NCBI GenBank assembly: GCA_003213625.1
Contig: QCMT01000002.1
Span: 150,152 to 214,151, forward strand
Source: OCS155 cluster bacterium AG-422-J23
GTDB taxonomy: Bacteria; Actinomycetota; Acidimicrobiia; Actinomarinales; Actinomarinaceae
Direction: 5' to 3'
DNA length: 64,000 nucleotides
A program made the position numbers and the translations under genes. Positions 28,915-38,054 of this stretch are shown here, one piece after another. Below the pieces are notes generated by a model that was not told the origin of the DNA, did no database searches, and was given only the letters and a program-made list of their open reading frames with translations. Position 1 is the stretch's first letter; every line of letters starts with the position of its first letter.

Positions 28915-29636
28915 AAATTGACAAAGTCATTCTCTCATGTACGGATGATTCCTACTTTGACTATTATAAAATTGTTTCGTTAGCTTGGGAGCAAATTGGA
29001 GTTGAAACAGTTTTATTTTTAATTACTGACTCAAATGAAAAAAGAGACAACGTAATTAATTTCAATGTAAAAAATATTGATAATATTTTTATATCGCAGA
29101 ATATAAGATTATTAGGGCCAGCATTATTTCCTGATTCAACTTGTATAATTTCTGATATTGATATGATGCCAATGTCAAAAAAATATTTTCAAAATAATAT
29201 AAAAGAATTTTCAGATGAAAATTTTATTTTATATAGAAACAAAGCCACAAAAGATACCATGTACCCCATTTGTTATAACGCTGCCAAGGGAAGCTTGTGG
29301 AGTGAGATATTCTCAGTTAAAAATAAAAACGATATTGTAGAAAAATTAGGTTTTTGGTACGCTGAGCAGAGCAATATCAACGAAAGAAGTTGGTATTTTG
29401 ATCAAATTATTTTAAAAAAATATTTGGATGACTTTTTTAAAGATAACAATGGTAATTTCAAAAAATTAGAAGATAAAAATACTGGCTGGTTAAGACTAAA
29501 TAGAACAGACTTAAGATACAGATTCAGTAAATTTTATGATCCAAATTTGAAATACACAGATTTCCATATGCCTGTTCCTTATTCAAGAAACAAAAGAATC
29601 ATAAATAAAGTTTTTGAACGTCACTTTAATCATTGA
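28911..29636 (+). CDS. hypothetical protein, possible GT-A-like transferase
   Basis: 241-aa ORF with a 4-nt overlap onto its upstream gene. DxD-like CIISDIDMMP. No family recognised. Confidence 0.4.
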   Translation: MKIDKVILSCTDDSYFDYYKIVSLAWEQIGVETVLFLITDSNEKRDNVINFNVKNIDNIFISQNIRLLGPALFPDSTCIISDIDMMPMSKKYFQNNIKEFSDENFILYRNKATKDTMYPICYNAAKGSLWSEIFSVKNKNDIVEKLGFWYAEQSNINERSWYFDQIILKKYLDDFFKDNNGNFKKLEDKNTGWLRLNRTDLRYRFSKFYDPNLKYTDFHMPVPYSRNKRIINKVFERHFNH

Positions 29637-30460
29637 TTAAAAATTTTAATTGCGTCAGGTACTTCAATATCAATATTCGTATTTCTAAACCAAGGATCAG
29701 CAACAAATATTTTTTTGTTTTTAGAATTACTTAATAGGGCTGGTACTAGAGAAAACGTACTATTTCCTACAATAAAATTTTCATAAGACAACATTTCAGC
29801 AAATGTTTCTAAAGTATCATCAATCGAATTTGACGAGTAAACAATCTTTTTTGCATCCGTAAAAATATTACTATTTATAACCCAGTCGTAATCATCTGTA
29901 AATACAGTGTAATTAAAGTTTTCAATTTTTTCTTTGCCTGCTTTGATAGCATGAAAATAAAAGCTTTCTTTTAATTCTTCGTTTAATTTTAAATAATCAC
30001 CTCTTCTAACATGCAAAACTGTAGATCCAGGATTTATTGGTGACATTAACTTATTCTTAACAATCCTATTTCTACTTATTGAGTCAAGAATAAAGTCTTT
30101 GTTTTCAATTAGAATACTTGGGTTTTGCCAGTGACCATCAAAAAAATTAACAAAACCAATTTTATTTTTTCTGAAGTTGGTATCGGTATGAGTTGTAATT
30201 AATAAGTTTTTTGTCAATTTAATTACAATTTTAAAAATTAAAAAAAAGAAATGAGGCAAGGTTTTCATGTTAAAAATCGTGACTGGGAAAATCAATTCCC
30301 TTAAATCAACACCCGGATTTTTAATTTTTTTTGAAATTTTAAAATTGCTTAAGCTAATAAATACATTCAAACCTAAATTTGAGAGATAGTTAGCAAATGA
30401 AATTTGAAAAATCTGATTTCCTAACCCACCTTTTAAATATATGAGTGCAATTTTTTTCAT
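29630..30460 (-). CDS. GT11-family alpha-1,2-fucosyltransferase
   Basis: 276 aa. N-terminal LKGGLGNQIFQISFANYL and central HVRRGDYL are the two hallmark GT11 motifs. Confidence 0.8.
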   Translation of the reverse strand: MKKIALIYLKGGLGNQIFQISFANYLSNLGLNVFISLSNFKISKKIKNPGVDLRELIFPVTIFNMKTLPHFFFLIFKIVIKLTKNLLITTHTDTNFRKNKIGFVNFFDGHWQNPSILIENKDFILDSISRNRIVKNKLMSPINPGSTVLHVRRGDYLKLNEELKESFYFHAIKAGKEKIENFNYTVFTDDYDWVINSNIFTDAKKIVYSSNSIDDTLETFAEMLSYENFIVGNSTFSLVPALLSNSKNKKIFVADPWFRNTNIDIEVPDAIKIFNQ

Positions 30461-30613
30461 AATTTGTTTATGATTTATTTAGTATTATAAATGCTCTTTT
30501 AAAAAGTTTTGTTTCTAAAAATATATAAGAATAATCTATATTTAAGCAAATTTTTTTTGATACCCACAAAAGTATCTATTCAAAACACTTAATTTACCTT
30601 TAGACTATCAAAG

Positions 30614-32239
30614 ATGGATAATTTTTTTATTTTAGTTTTGAAATTTTACATATTTTATTTATTTTTCTTTTTTTATGGTCGTGCTTTAATTTCTACTTTT
30701 TTAGAAAAAGATCGAATTCATGATATAGATAAGGTAAAAATCTTCGGAATAGAAATTCATATCTTTTATCCGATTTTTGGAGTCATATTTTTAGGTAATA
30801 TATCGTTTCTTTTTAATTTTTTATTTCCGCTAAAAAGTAACTTTTTTTATATTTTTCTATTGTTACTTTTAATAAATTTAAAATACAAAATTAATCCAAG
30901 TAACTTAAAAAGACTCTTAATTTTCTCTTCAATTTTTTTACCTTTGATAATATCAAGTTACGAAATTGGGTTTCATTATGACTCAGGACTTTACCATCTA
31001 AATAATCAATTGTGGCTACGAGAAAGCAATATTGTTTTTGGTTTCATAAACATTTACAGTGTCTTTGGTGTTAGCTCAATTTTTGAATATATTTCTGCTT
31101 TATTTTGGATTGATAAATCATTTATATTACTTCATTTTCTCAACTTACTTTTTATTGGTTTTCTTTATAAAGTAATGATGTTCACAATCTTATATGCAAA
31201 AAACGAGAAACTTAAAATTGGTTTTTTAATGCTACTTTTATTTTCATTCATGGATAACTTTGGAATTTCCGGTGGTAGAAACGGATTTATTTCTATCCAG
31301 TCAATTGGTAAACAAGATATGCCAATTGGAGTAATATTCTTACTCTTGTCTGTATTCATTTTAAGTTCTCTTGTTAATAAAAGTTTCAAAAAAATTGAGC
31401 TCATTGTTGTTTCATTTCTTACTTTGTTTCTGTTTCAATTAAAAATTAGTTCTTTCCCTATTTTCTTCTTGTATTTTGCTTATTTGTACTTCTTCATGAA
31501 AAATAAAAGTGTAAAAATAACTATCAAATCAATTTCACCAGTTTTGCTATTAGGAATGTTTTGGATTATTAAAACTGTAATTCACACAGGTTGTGTAATT
31601 TTCCCCCTTTCGATGACATGTTTTGATAATTTTTATTGGGTAAATTTAGAATATATTCAGGTTATTGAAGATGTTTCAGTGGACTACAGTATGTCGTATT
31701 ATTTTAACGAACCCTTTAGTAGCTGGATTGAAGTTTATTTTGAAAAACCGTTAAATAGAACAATAGCTCTAAATTTTTTAATATCTTTTGGGCTTTTAAT
31801 TACTCTTAACTTAAGAAAAATAAGAAATGATATAACTTTAAAAAATAATATTATTATTTTTTTATTCATTATTTTAAGTTCATTTTTCTATATTAGGTTT
31901 GGTCCAGACATTAGATATCTTGTTGGATTTCAGATGTTTCTTATTGTATTAATAGGCTTCTACAGCAAAATCAAAATAAATGTAAATAGTAAATTACTCT
32001 TTTTAGCTATATTCTTTTCAGCCATGCTTTTGCCAAGACTGCAAACATTTTTAGATTTTAATATAAACAGTGCTCCTAATCTAAATTTACCAATTCCAGA
32101 AATGTCTGAGTTTGATGGTAGGTACATTCCAAAAGATGGAGATCAATGTTGGATTAATTTAGAGTGTTCAGCAAACAGAAGTTCCTTTGATATAAATAAA
32201 AATAATTTTTTTAAAGTGGCATACCTCTTAAATGACTAA
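30614..32239 (+). CDS. large polytopic membrane protein, uncharacterised family (paralog of 40229-41953)
   Basis: 541 aa with at least 10 hydrophobic segments. Shares FHYD(S/A)G.YHLN.Q.WLRESN, DNFG..GGRNGF..IQ..GKQD.P and a C-terminal D.C..NL.C block with the 574-aa paralog. Confidence 0.6.
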   Translation: MDNFFILVLKFYIFYLFFFFYGRALISTFLEKDRIHDIDKVKIFGIEIHIFYPIFGVIFLGNISFLFNFLFPLKSNFFYIFLLLLLINLKYKINPSNLKRLLIFSSIFLPLIISSYEIGFHYDSGLYHLNNQLWLRESNIVFGFINIYSVFGVSSIFEYISALFWIDKSFILLHFLNLLFIGFLYKVMMFTILYAKNEKLKIGFLMLLLFSFMDNFGISGGRNGFISIQSIGKQDMPIGVIFLLLSVFILSSLVNKSFKKIELIVVSFLTLFLFQLKISSFPIFFLYFAYLYFFMKNKSVKITIKSISPVLLLGMFWIIKTVIHTGCVIFPLSMTCFDNFYWVNLEYIQVIEDVSVDYSMSYYFNEPFSSWIEVYFEKPLNRTIALNFLISFGLLITLNLRKIRNDITLKNNIIIFLFIILSSFFYIRFGPDIRYLVGFQMFLIVLIGFYSKIKINVNSKLLFLAIFFSAMLLPRLQTFLDFNINSAPNLNLPIPEMSEFDGRYIPKDGDQCWINLECSANRSSFDINKNNFFKVAYLLND

Positions 32240-32243
32240 AATT

Positions 32244-32948
32244 TTAAAATTTACTTATTCTTAATTTGATAAAGTATTTTAGTAAGCTGTATGAAAATAA
32301 AATTCTACTTTTTAAGCCAAAGTTCCAATTGGATTCACCATATTGTCTTGGTGGAAACAGAAAAGGCTTCCTAATAAATTGATAATCTAATTGTTTCGCT
32401 TTCCAGTAAACATATGTATCAAAGCTAAAGTCTTTTGGAGGATTATCAAGACTTTTTAATAAATCCTTGGAAAAAATAGTTGGTTGTGCATTTATTTCCA
32501 ACATTTTGGTACCAAGAATTATGCTCGCTGATTTTGCCATAAAATATGAAAAAATTGAATCCAATCTACTTCTTCCATACCTTACACCTTTGTAAAAAAT
32601 TTTTTTATCCGTAAATTTATATGATTTTAAATCTTTATAAACATTATTTAGCTCAGAAAATTCAAACTGAAGATCACCGTGTATCCAGCCTATAAACTCT
32701 GAATTTTGTAATGTTGATAATGCTGTAAACACTCCATGCCCGTAACCTTCATTTTTTTCAATATAAAAAGTAGAAATATTTTTGAATTTATTTTCAATAT
32801 TTTTTAAATAATTCTTTGTATTATCTTTAGAACCATTATCAACTATTAAAAATTCAATACCGCTGTCAACTTTTTCCAATTCTTTAATTAATAATGAAAG
32901 AGATTCATATTCGTTAAAACAAGGAATAATTAATGTAACTGTCTTCAT
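32244..32948 (-). CDS. GT2 polyprenol-phosphate glycosyltransferase-like (Dpm1/ArnC/GtrB-type)
   Basis: 234 aa. VTLIIPCFNEYESLSLLIKEL...FLIVDNGSKDNT...WIHGDLQF, a short soluble GT-A of the Dpm1-like type. Confidence 0.75.
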   Translation of the reverse strand: MKTVTLIIPCFNEYESLSLLIKELEKVDSGIEFLIVDNGSKDNTKNYLKNIENKFKNISTFYIEKNEGYGHGVFTALSTLQNSEFIGWIHGDLQFEFSELNNVYKDLKSYKFTDKKIFYKGVRYGRSRLDSIFSYFMAKSASIILGTKMLEINAQPTIFSKDLLKSLDNPPKDFSFDTYVYWKAKQLDYQFIRKPFLFPPRQYGESNWNFGLKSRILFSYSLLKYFIKLRISKF

Positions 32949-34456
32949 TAAGTCTGATTTAAGTAATTATTAACGTTATACATATATTTATAAAGCTCAT
33001 ATTCAACGGGTGTACCAATCATTACAGTTTTGTTTGTACTAATTTCCTTAACTTTCATATTTTGAATCATTGCAGTTTGAATTAAATAATCGATATGTAT
33101 CTCTGAATTCAAATTATTTAATCTTTCTAAAGTATCTTGAAACAACTTCTTATAGATATTTTTATTTTTGAATAAAAATATACCTGTGATTACATTTGAG
33201 TTTTTTGAATGTGGTTTTTCTTTGATTGAAAAACTTGTAATATTTCCATCATCACTATTAACCCATCCATAATTTTCAAATTTAAAAAACGCTCTTCTGT
33301 AGTTTTTTTTAGTAATTACTCCAACATCATAATCAGTAATATTCAATTCGATATCTTTTTCTAAAATACAGTCTGCTGAATGAATCAGGATAGGTAAATC
33401 ATTATCTATTTTTTCAACTAGCTTCATACCACTGTGAGCTTGGTCATTTGTTTTTTCTGAAATACTCATTATTTCTTCGGAATTAATTAAATTTAATGTT
33501 TTTAGAGAGTCCTGATTATTTTTCGTAATAAGAATTGATGTAGATTCTTGGTTCTTAAATGAGGAAATGATATTACTTATTAATGGCTTGCCATCAACAT
33601 CTAAAAAAATTTTTTCAGTTTTGTAATTTTCTTCTTTAAATCTTTTGCCTTCTCCTCCAGCAGGAATTAATAAATTAATTCCGTTTAAGTCAATTTTCTT
33701 TTTATCAGAAACATTATTAACTTCGTCCAGACTATATAAAAATTCATTATAATCTTCAGGGGTCCCCCATTGAAAAAAATAATCAATCTTAAAATAATTT
33801 ATCTTTAAACCATCTTTAATCATTTCCTCATACGGAGTACTTATATATGCTTCACCGTTTATCAACATTTTTTTATCAAATATTCTATTTATGTATTTTT
33901 TTGCAATATGTCCACTTTTAAAATAGTATGATCCAGAAGATGCAAGTTCATCAATTTTTTTATCAGTAAACGATTCTTTTTCTTTGATATCAATTATTCT
34001 TTCTCCATCAACTTTTAAAAAAGCATAATCATTGCCGTAAATACTATGAGGATGAAGTCCTGAATAAGCGGGCACCAATCCATCGGGATTATTTATTTGT
34101 ATATAGTTTTTCAATTCTTCCCAATTCCAAATATTTGAAAAGTCACAATAATTAATAAAGACTTCTTCTTCTGTGTCTAATATGTCTGTACTTAACAAGG
34201 CTTTTCCTGGCCCTTCCTTTTTATAGGGAATTGGAAAAATGTTAAAGTTTTCCAATACTCCAAAATATTTCTGTAAACTTTTATTTTTAAATTCTTCTTC
34301 ATTGACAATAAAGTTAATGTCACTTTCATTTGGAAACAAATCTAAAATATGTTCAATGATCATTTTTTTATTTACTGTTAAGAATTGTTTTGGAATTGAT
34401 ATTCCAGCATTTTTGAAACGCATACTTTTCCCTGTCATTGGTATAATTATTTTCAT
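32948..34456 (-). CDS. protein with two tandem sugar-phosphate nucleotidyltransferase-like domains
   Basis: 502 aa. Domain 1: MKIIIPMTGKSMRFKNAGISIPKQFL...QWGTPEDYNEF. Domain 2: LLIPAGGEGKRFKEENYKTEKIFLDVDGKPL...MIGTPVEYELY. Confidence 0.65.
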   Translation of the reverse strand: MKIIIPMTGKSMRFKNAGISIPKQFLTVNKKMIIEHILDLFPNESDINFIVNEEEFKNKSLQKYFGVLENFNIFPIPYKKEGPGKALLSTDILDTEEEVFINYCDFSNIWNWEELKNYIQINNPDGLVPAYSGLHPHSIYGNDYAFLKVDGERIIDIKEKESFTDKKIDELASSGSYYFKSGHIAKKYINRIFDKKMLINGEAYISTPYEEMIKDGLKINYFKIDYFFQWGTPEDYNEFLYSLDEVNNVSDKKKIDLNGINLLIPAGGEGKRFKEENYKTEKIFLDVDGKPLISNIISSFKNQESTSILITKNNQDSLKTLNLINSEEIMSISEKTNDQAHSGMKLVEKIDNDLPILIHSADCILEKDIELNITDYDVGVITKKNYRRAFFKFENYGWVNSDDGNITSFSIKEKPHSKNSNVITGIFLFKNKNIYKKLFQDTLERLNNLNSEIHIDYLIQTAMIQNMKVKEISTNKTVMIGTPVEYELYKYMYNVNNYLNQT

Positions 34457-35385
34457 TTATTTACTCTAATTCTGAGGATTTCATCATCTGATTTTCTTAA
34501 ATTATCTCCTGTTTTTTTATTAATAACGTTATATATTTTTTTTGAATCGATATAAGAACATATTGTTAATAAAACTTTAAGGTATATTTTTTCTGTCTCA
34601 TCAAGGCATTTATTAAGATACAATTTCTCTTTATTGAAAAAAATTATATTTTTATTTTTTTTAATTGAATTATTGTCTTTACAAAAAGAAAAAGGGAGAA
34701 ACACTGCATGATCAGGAAAAAAATATAAATTATTAAAGACTTCGTAATTTAGATTTGGGAGGGGATTGGGTATAAATGTTTGTTTTTTTTCAGTATCATA
34801 ATTGATTTGAACTAAATCTAAAAGTTGTTCTAATCTTTTATTATCAAGTAATTTTTCAAACTCATTTTCAATTTTATAAATCCTAGATCTTATATTCCTT
34901 AAATTATTTCCTGAAACTACCATGCCATGACTGTAAAGAAAAAAAGAGTTGATTTCTTCTTTATTATTTTTTTTAAGTATTTCTTTTGCCAGTTCATACC
35001 CAGGTCGAAAATAATTTATTGGTTGAATTTTTCTTTTAGACAAAAAATCATCTAATTCATCTTTTTTTGTTATTGCTGAAATAATTAATGAAGAAATACT
35101 GTGATAGTGAAACACATGTTTTGCATCAAGCAAAACATGTATAGGTGTCTCTATTGATAATCCTTCTTCAAATTTCTGATTGTTTTTATTTTTTTCATAA
35201 AAACTTATTATTTTATTTAGATTTACTTTTTGAAATATTGAATTATTAATTGAGTCCGATAAATGCATCCCCGATTTTTTTATATAAATATTTTCTAAAA
35301 TTTTTGTACTTGTGTTTCCACCCGGACCCTGTGTAAGTAAAAAATTGTTACCAATTTCTTTTGAGTATTTTAGAAAACTTTTCAT
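34453..35385 (-). CDS. class II aldolase/adducin N-terminal domain-like protein
   Basis: 310 aa. LTQGPGGNTSTK...YIKKSGMHL and YSHGMVVSGNN resemble the class II aldolase/epimerase fold family (FucA/AraD/RhaD-like, and the aldolase part of aldolase-SDR fusions). Confidence 0.55.
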   Translation of the reverse strand: MKSFLKYSKEIGNNFLLTQGPGGNTSTKILENIYIKKSGMHLSDSINNSIFQKVNLNKIISFYEKNKNNQKFEEGLSIETPIHVLLDAKHVFHYHSISSLIISAITKKDELDDFLSKRKIQPINYFRPGYELAKEILKKNNKEEINSFFLYSHGMVVSGNNLRNIRSRIYKIENEFEKLLDNKRLEQLLDLVQINYDTEKKQTFIPNPLPNLNYEVFNNLYFFPDHAVFLPFSFCKDNNSIKKNKNIIFFNKEKLYLNKCLDETEKIYLKVLLTICSYIDSKKIYNVINKKTGDNLRKSDDEILRIRVNK

Positions 35386-35419
35386 AGTTTTAATTTCGTA
35401 ATTTATAATACTTATATAA

Positions 35420-37369
35420 ATGAGGAATAAAAAATCATTTATTTATATTGTGTTAGGAATCAAATATTTTGTTCTATTTAACTTCACTCCAGATCTTGAA
35501 GTATCTAGATATCAAGAATTTTTTAGTCAATGCATTAATTTTGAAACATGCCTAAATCCATATAAAAACATTTCAACTTTATCTCAATCTTTTTTAAATT
35601 TTCCTTATGGTAATTTAATGTATTTTGTTATCTTGCCTTTTTTCTTTATAGGTTCTTTATCAGGATTATCATTTATAACTTTCGCATATTTATTTTTTGA
35701 AATATTGTTGATATATATATTTGATAAGATATTCAAACTCAGTCCAAACGAAATAATAATTGGAATAATTTTAAATCCAGTGATTGTTTTTTCAATTGGC
35801 GTTCTTGGTCAACTAGATCTAATCCCTCTAACTTTTTTTGCCTTATCTTTATTAAAACTCAAAGAAAACAAGAAGATTTTATCTATCATTTTTTTAATTA
35901 TTGCAACGAGTACAAAAATAGTATTTATAATCTTGTTACCAATTATCATTTTATATTTCCTCAAAAGAGATAAAAATATGATACAAAACATTCAGACTGT
36001 TTCATTTACTCTAATTATTTTTTTATTAATAAATATACAATTGTTTCTCGACTCTTCATACAGAAAAGCAATTTTTTTTGGATTAGATAGGGGATATAGT
36101 GTAGTCACAAACACAAATTCATTATTCTCAAGTAGTTTATTTTTGATAATTCTTTTCTCAACAATAACTTTATTTGCATATTGGAAAAATATACATAGAT
36201 TAGATTTTTTTGGAATTACTATTTTTTCAGGTTTTTTAACATTGCCAATTTACGTCACCAATTTATCAAATATTGGCTGGTTTTTGTGGTCAATGCCAAC
36301 AATCTTGATTATTTACTTATCTTTCGAATATAAGGTTAAGTCTTTAATCTTGACGTATCTATTTTTACTTGTGTTTACAAATGATGAAAATAGTTTATTT
36401 CAAAATATAGAATTCGTTAAAAATATATTAACTTACTTTGTTTACTCAATTAGTATCCTAATTTTTTACTATCTATTACAAGCATTGACTCAAAACATTT
36501 ATTTCAAGATAAAATCGTCTCCGATTATATTTGCAATTGCTGGTGATTCAGCAACTGGAAAAACAACAGTTTCAAACGCTTTGAAAGATTATTTTGGAAA
36601 AAAAATAGTGAATATTGTAGAACTTGATAGCTTTCATAAGTATGAAAGAAATAGCGAAATGTGGGATAAATATACACATTTAAATCCAAAAATGAACAAT
36701 CTTTCAGAGTTTAGAAAAGTTTTATTAAATATCATTAATGGCAAAACTGAAATTGTAAGACAATACAATCACTTAACAGGTAAATTTGACAATTTTGATA
36801 AGAAGAAAATCAAAGACTTTCTTATAGTTGAAGGTTTACATTCATTGCACTTCAAAGATTTAAATAGCAAATACAATATGAAAGTCTTCCTGGATATTGA
36901 ACCAGGTCTTAAAAAAACACTAAAAATTTCACGGGATATTGAAAGACAAAAAAGTGAAGAATTTATAGAAAATGAGATTGAAAAAAGAAAAAAAGATTTC
37001 GATCAATATATTTTACCTCAAGAAGAATATTCCGATTTATCAATAAAAACTATTGCGGCGGATGATAATGAAGTGAATTATAAAATTGTTTTATCAGAAG
37101 ACTACTTTAGCGATATTGATGATATTGGACAGAATCAAATGGGTGTTGAGATAAAAAATATCAAAATTAACGAAAATGTATCTTTCGAAATTAGTGTTCT
37201 CAAAAAAGAATCAAAAAGTTTTTTTGATTCTCTTACAAAAGGCATCAAAAATCTAGAAGACTTTGAATTCAATCCACTGAATCAAAGCTTACAGTCAAAT
37301 GGAGAGGTTTTGATTAAATTAGGATTAATTCTTTTTATATTAAATAAAAAACTAGAAACAAAAATATGA
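35420..37369 (+). CDS. fusion protein: N-terminal GT-C-like polytopic membrane domain (DUF2029/GT87-like) plus a C-terminal PRK/uridine-kinase-family P-loop kinase domain
   Basis: 649 aa. About 370 aa are multi-TM (FPYGNLMYFVILPF, GQLDLIPLTFFALSLLKL..ATSTKIVFIILLP). These are followed by IIFAIAGDSATGKTTVSNAL..ELDSFHKYER...LIVEGLHSL...DIEPGLKKTLKISRDIERQ. Confidence 0.7.
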   Translation: MRNKKSFIYIVLGIKYFVLFNFTPDLEVSRYQEFFSQCINFETCLNPYKNISTLSQSFLNFPYGNLMYFVILPFFFIGSLSGLSFITFAYLFFEILLIYIFDKIFKLSPNEIIIGIILNPVIVFSIGVLGQLDLIPLTFFALSLLKLKENKKILSIIFLIIATSTKIVFIILLPIIILYFLKRDKNMIQNIQTVSFTLIIFLLINIQLFLDSSYRKAIFFGLDRGYSVVTNTNSLFSSSLFLIILFSTITLFAYWKNIHRLDFFGITIFSGFLTLPIYVTNLSNIGWFLWSMPTILIIYLSFEYKVKSLILTYLFLLVFTNDENSLFQNIEFVKNILTYFVYSISILIFYYLLQALTQNIYFKIKSSPIIFAIAGDSATGKTTVSNALKDYFGKKIVNIVELDSFHKYERNSEMWDKYTHLNPKMNNLSEFRKVLLNIINGKTEIVRQYNHLTGKFDNFDKKKIKDFLIVEGLHSLHFKDLNSKYNMKVFLDIEPGLKKTLKISRDIERQKSEEFIENEIEKRKKDFDQYILPQEEYSDLSIKTIAADDNEVNYKIVLSEDYFSDIDDIGQNQMGVEIKNIKINENVSFEISVLKKESKSFFDSLTKGIKNLEDFEFNPLNQSLQSNGEVLIKLGLILFILNKKLETKI

Positions 37370-38052
37370 AAAGACTAATTATTTTTGATTTAGACGATAC
37401 TTTTTATGAATATGAAAGTACTCATAAAAGTGCACTAGAAAAAGTTTTTCAGGTCCAAAATTCTTTTGACGACTATCAGGAATTTTATAAAAATTATGAA
37501 AATACAAAACATCATGTCCAGAACACACTGGTGGATAGCCCTTCAAGACACTCAAAACTGATTTATTTTAAAAAACTTTTTTGGGGAATGTTAAATACTA
37601 GAGAAATAATTGAATTAGAGAATGTATATTGGGAAGAATTTATTAGAAATGCAAAGGTCGATATTGAAAGTGTTAATACATTGAAAGAAAATAAAAATCA
37701 AAATAATATATATTTTTTGTTTACAAATCAAAATTTATATGTTCAACTAAAAAAAATCGATAGTTGGGGTCTAAATTTTTTTGATAAGATTATTACATCT
37801 GAAGAAGTTGGTTTTGAAAAGCCAACTAAAGAATTTTTTAATTATTCTGAAAAATTTGTAAAAAAAATTGTAGAACAAAGCTTTTCAGTTTTCGCTATAG
37901 GTGATAGTTACGAAAATGACATTGAGTATTGGACAACTAACTACAAAGCAAAAGGCTATCAGATCGATAATAAGAATGAGAAAATCATTAAAGAGAACAT
38001 GCTAATAAAAACAAACTTTAGAAATGCTATATTAGATATTTTTGCGGAGTAA
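37366..38052 (+). CDS. HAD-superfamily hydrolase (phosphatase-like)
   Basis: 228 aa. Motif I IIFDLDDTF, motif II FTNQ, motif III/IV KP...AIGDSYENDI. ATGA overlap with the upstream gene. Confidence 0.75.
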   Translation: MKRLIIFDLDDTFYEYESTHKSALEKVFQVQNSFDDYQEFYKNYENTKHHVQNTLVDSPSRHSKLIYFKKLFWGMLNTREIIELENVYWEEFIRNAKVDIESVNTLKENKNQNNIYFLFTNQNLYVQLKKIDSWGLNFFDKIITSEEVGFEKPTKEFFNYSEKFVKKIVEQSFSVFAIGDSYENDIEYWTTNYKAKGYQIDNKNEKIIKENMLIKTNFRNAILDIFAE

Positions 38053-38054
38053 AA

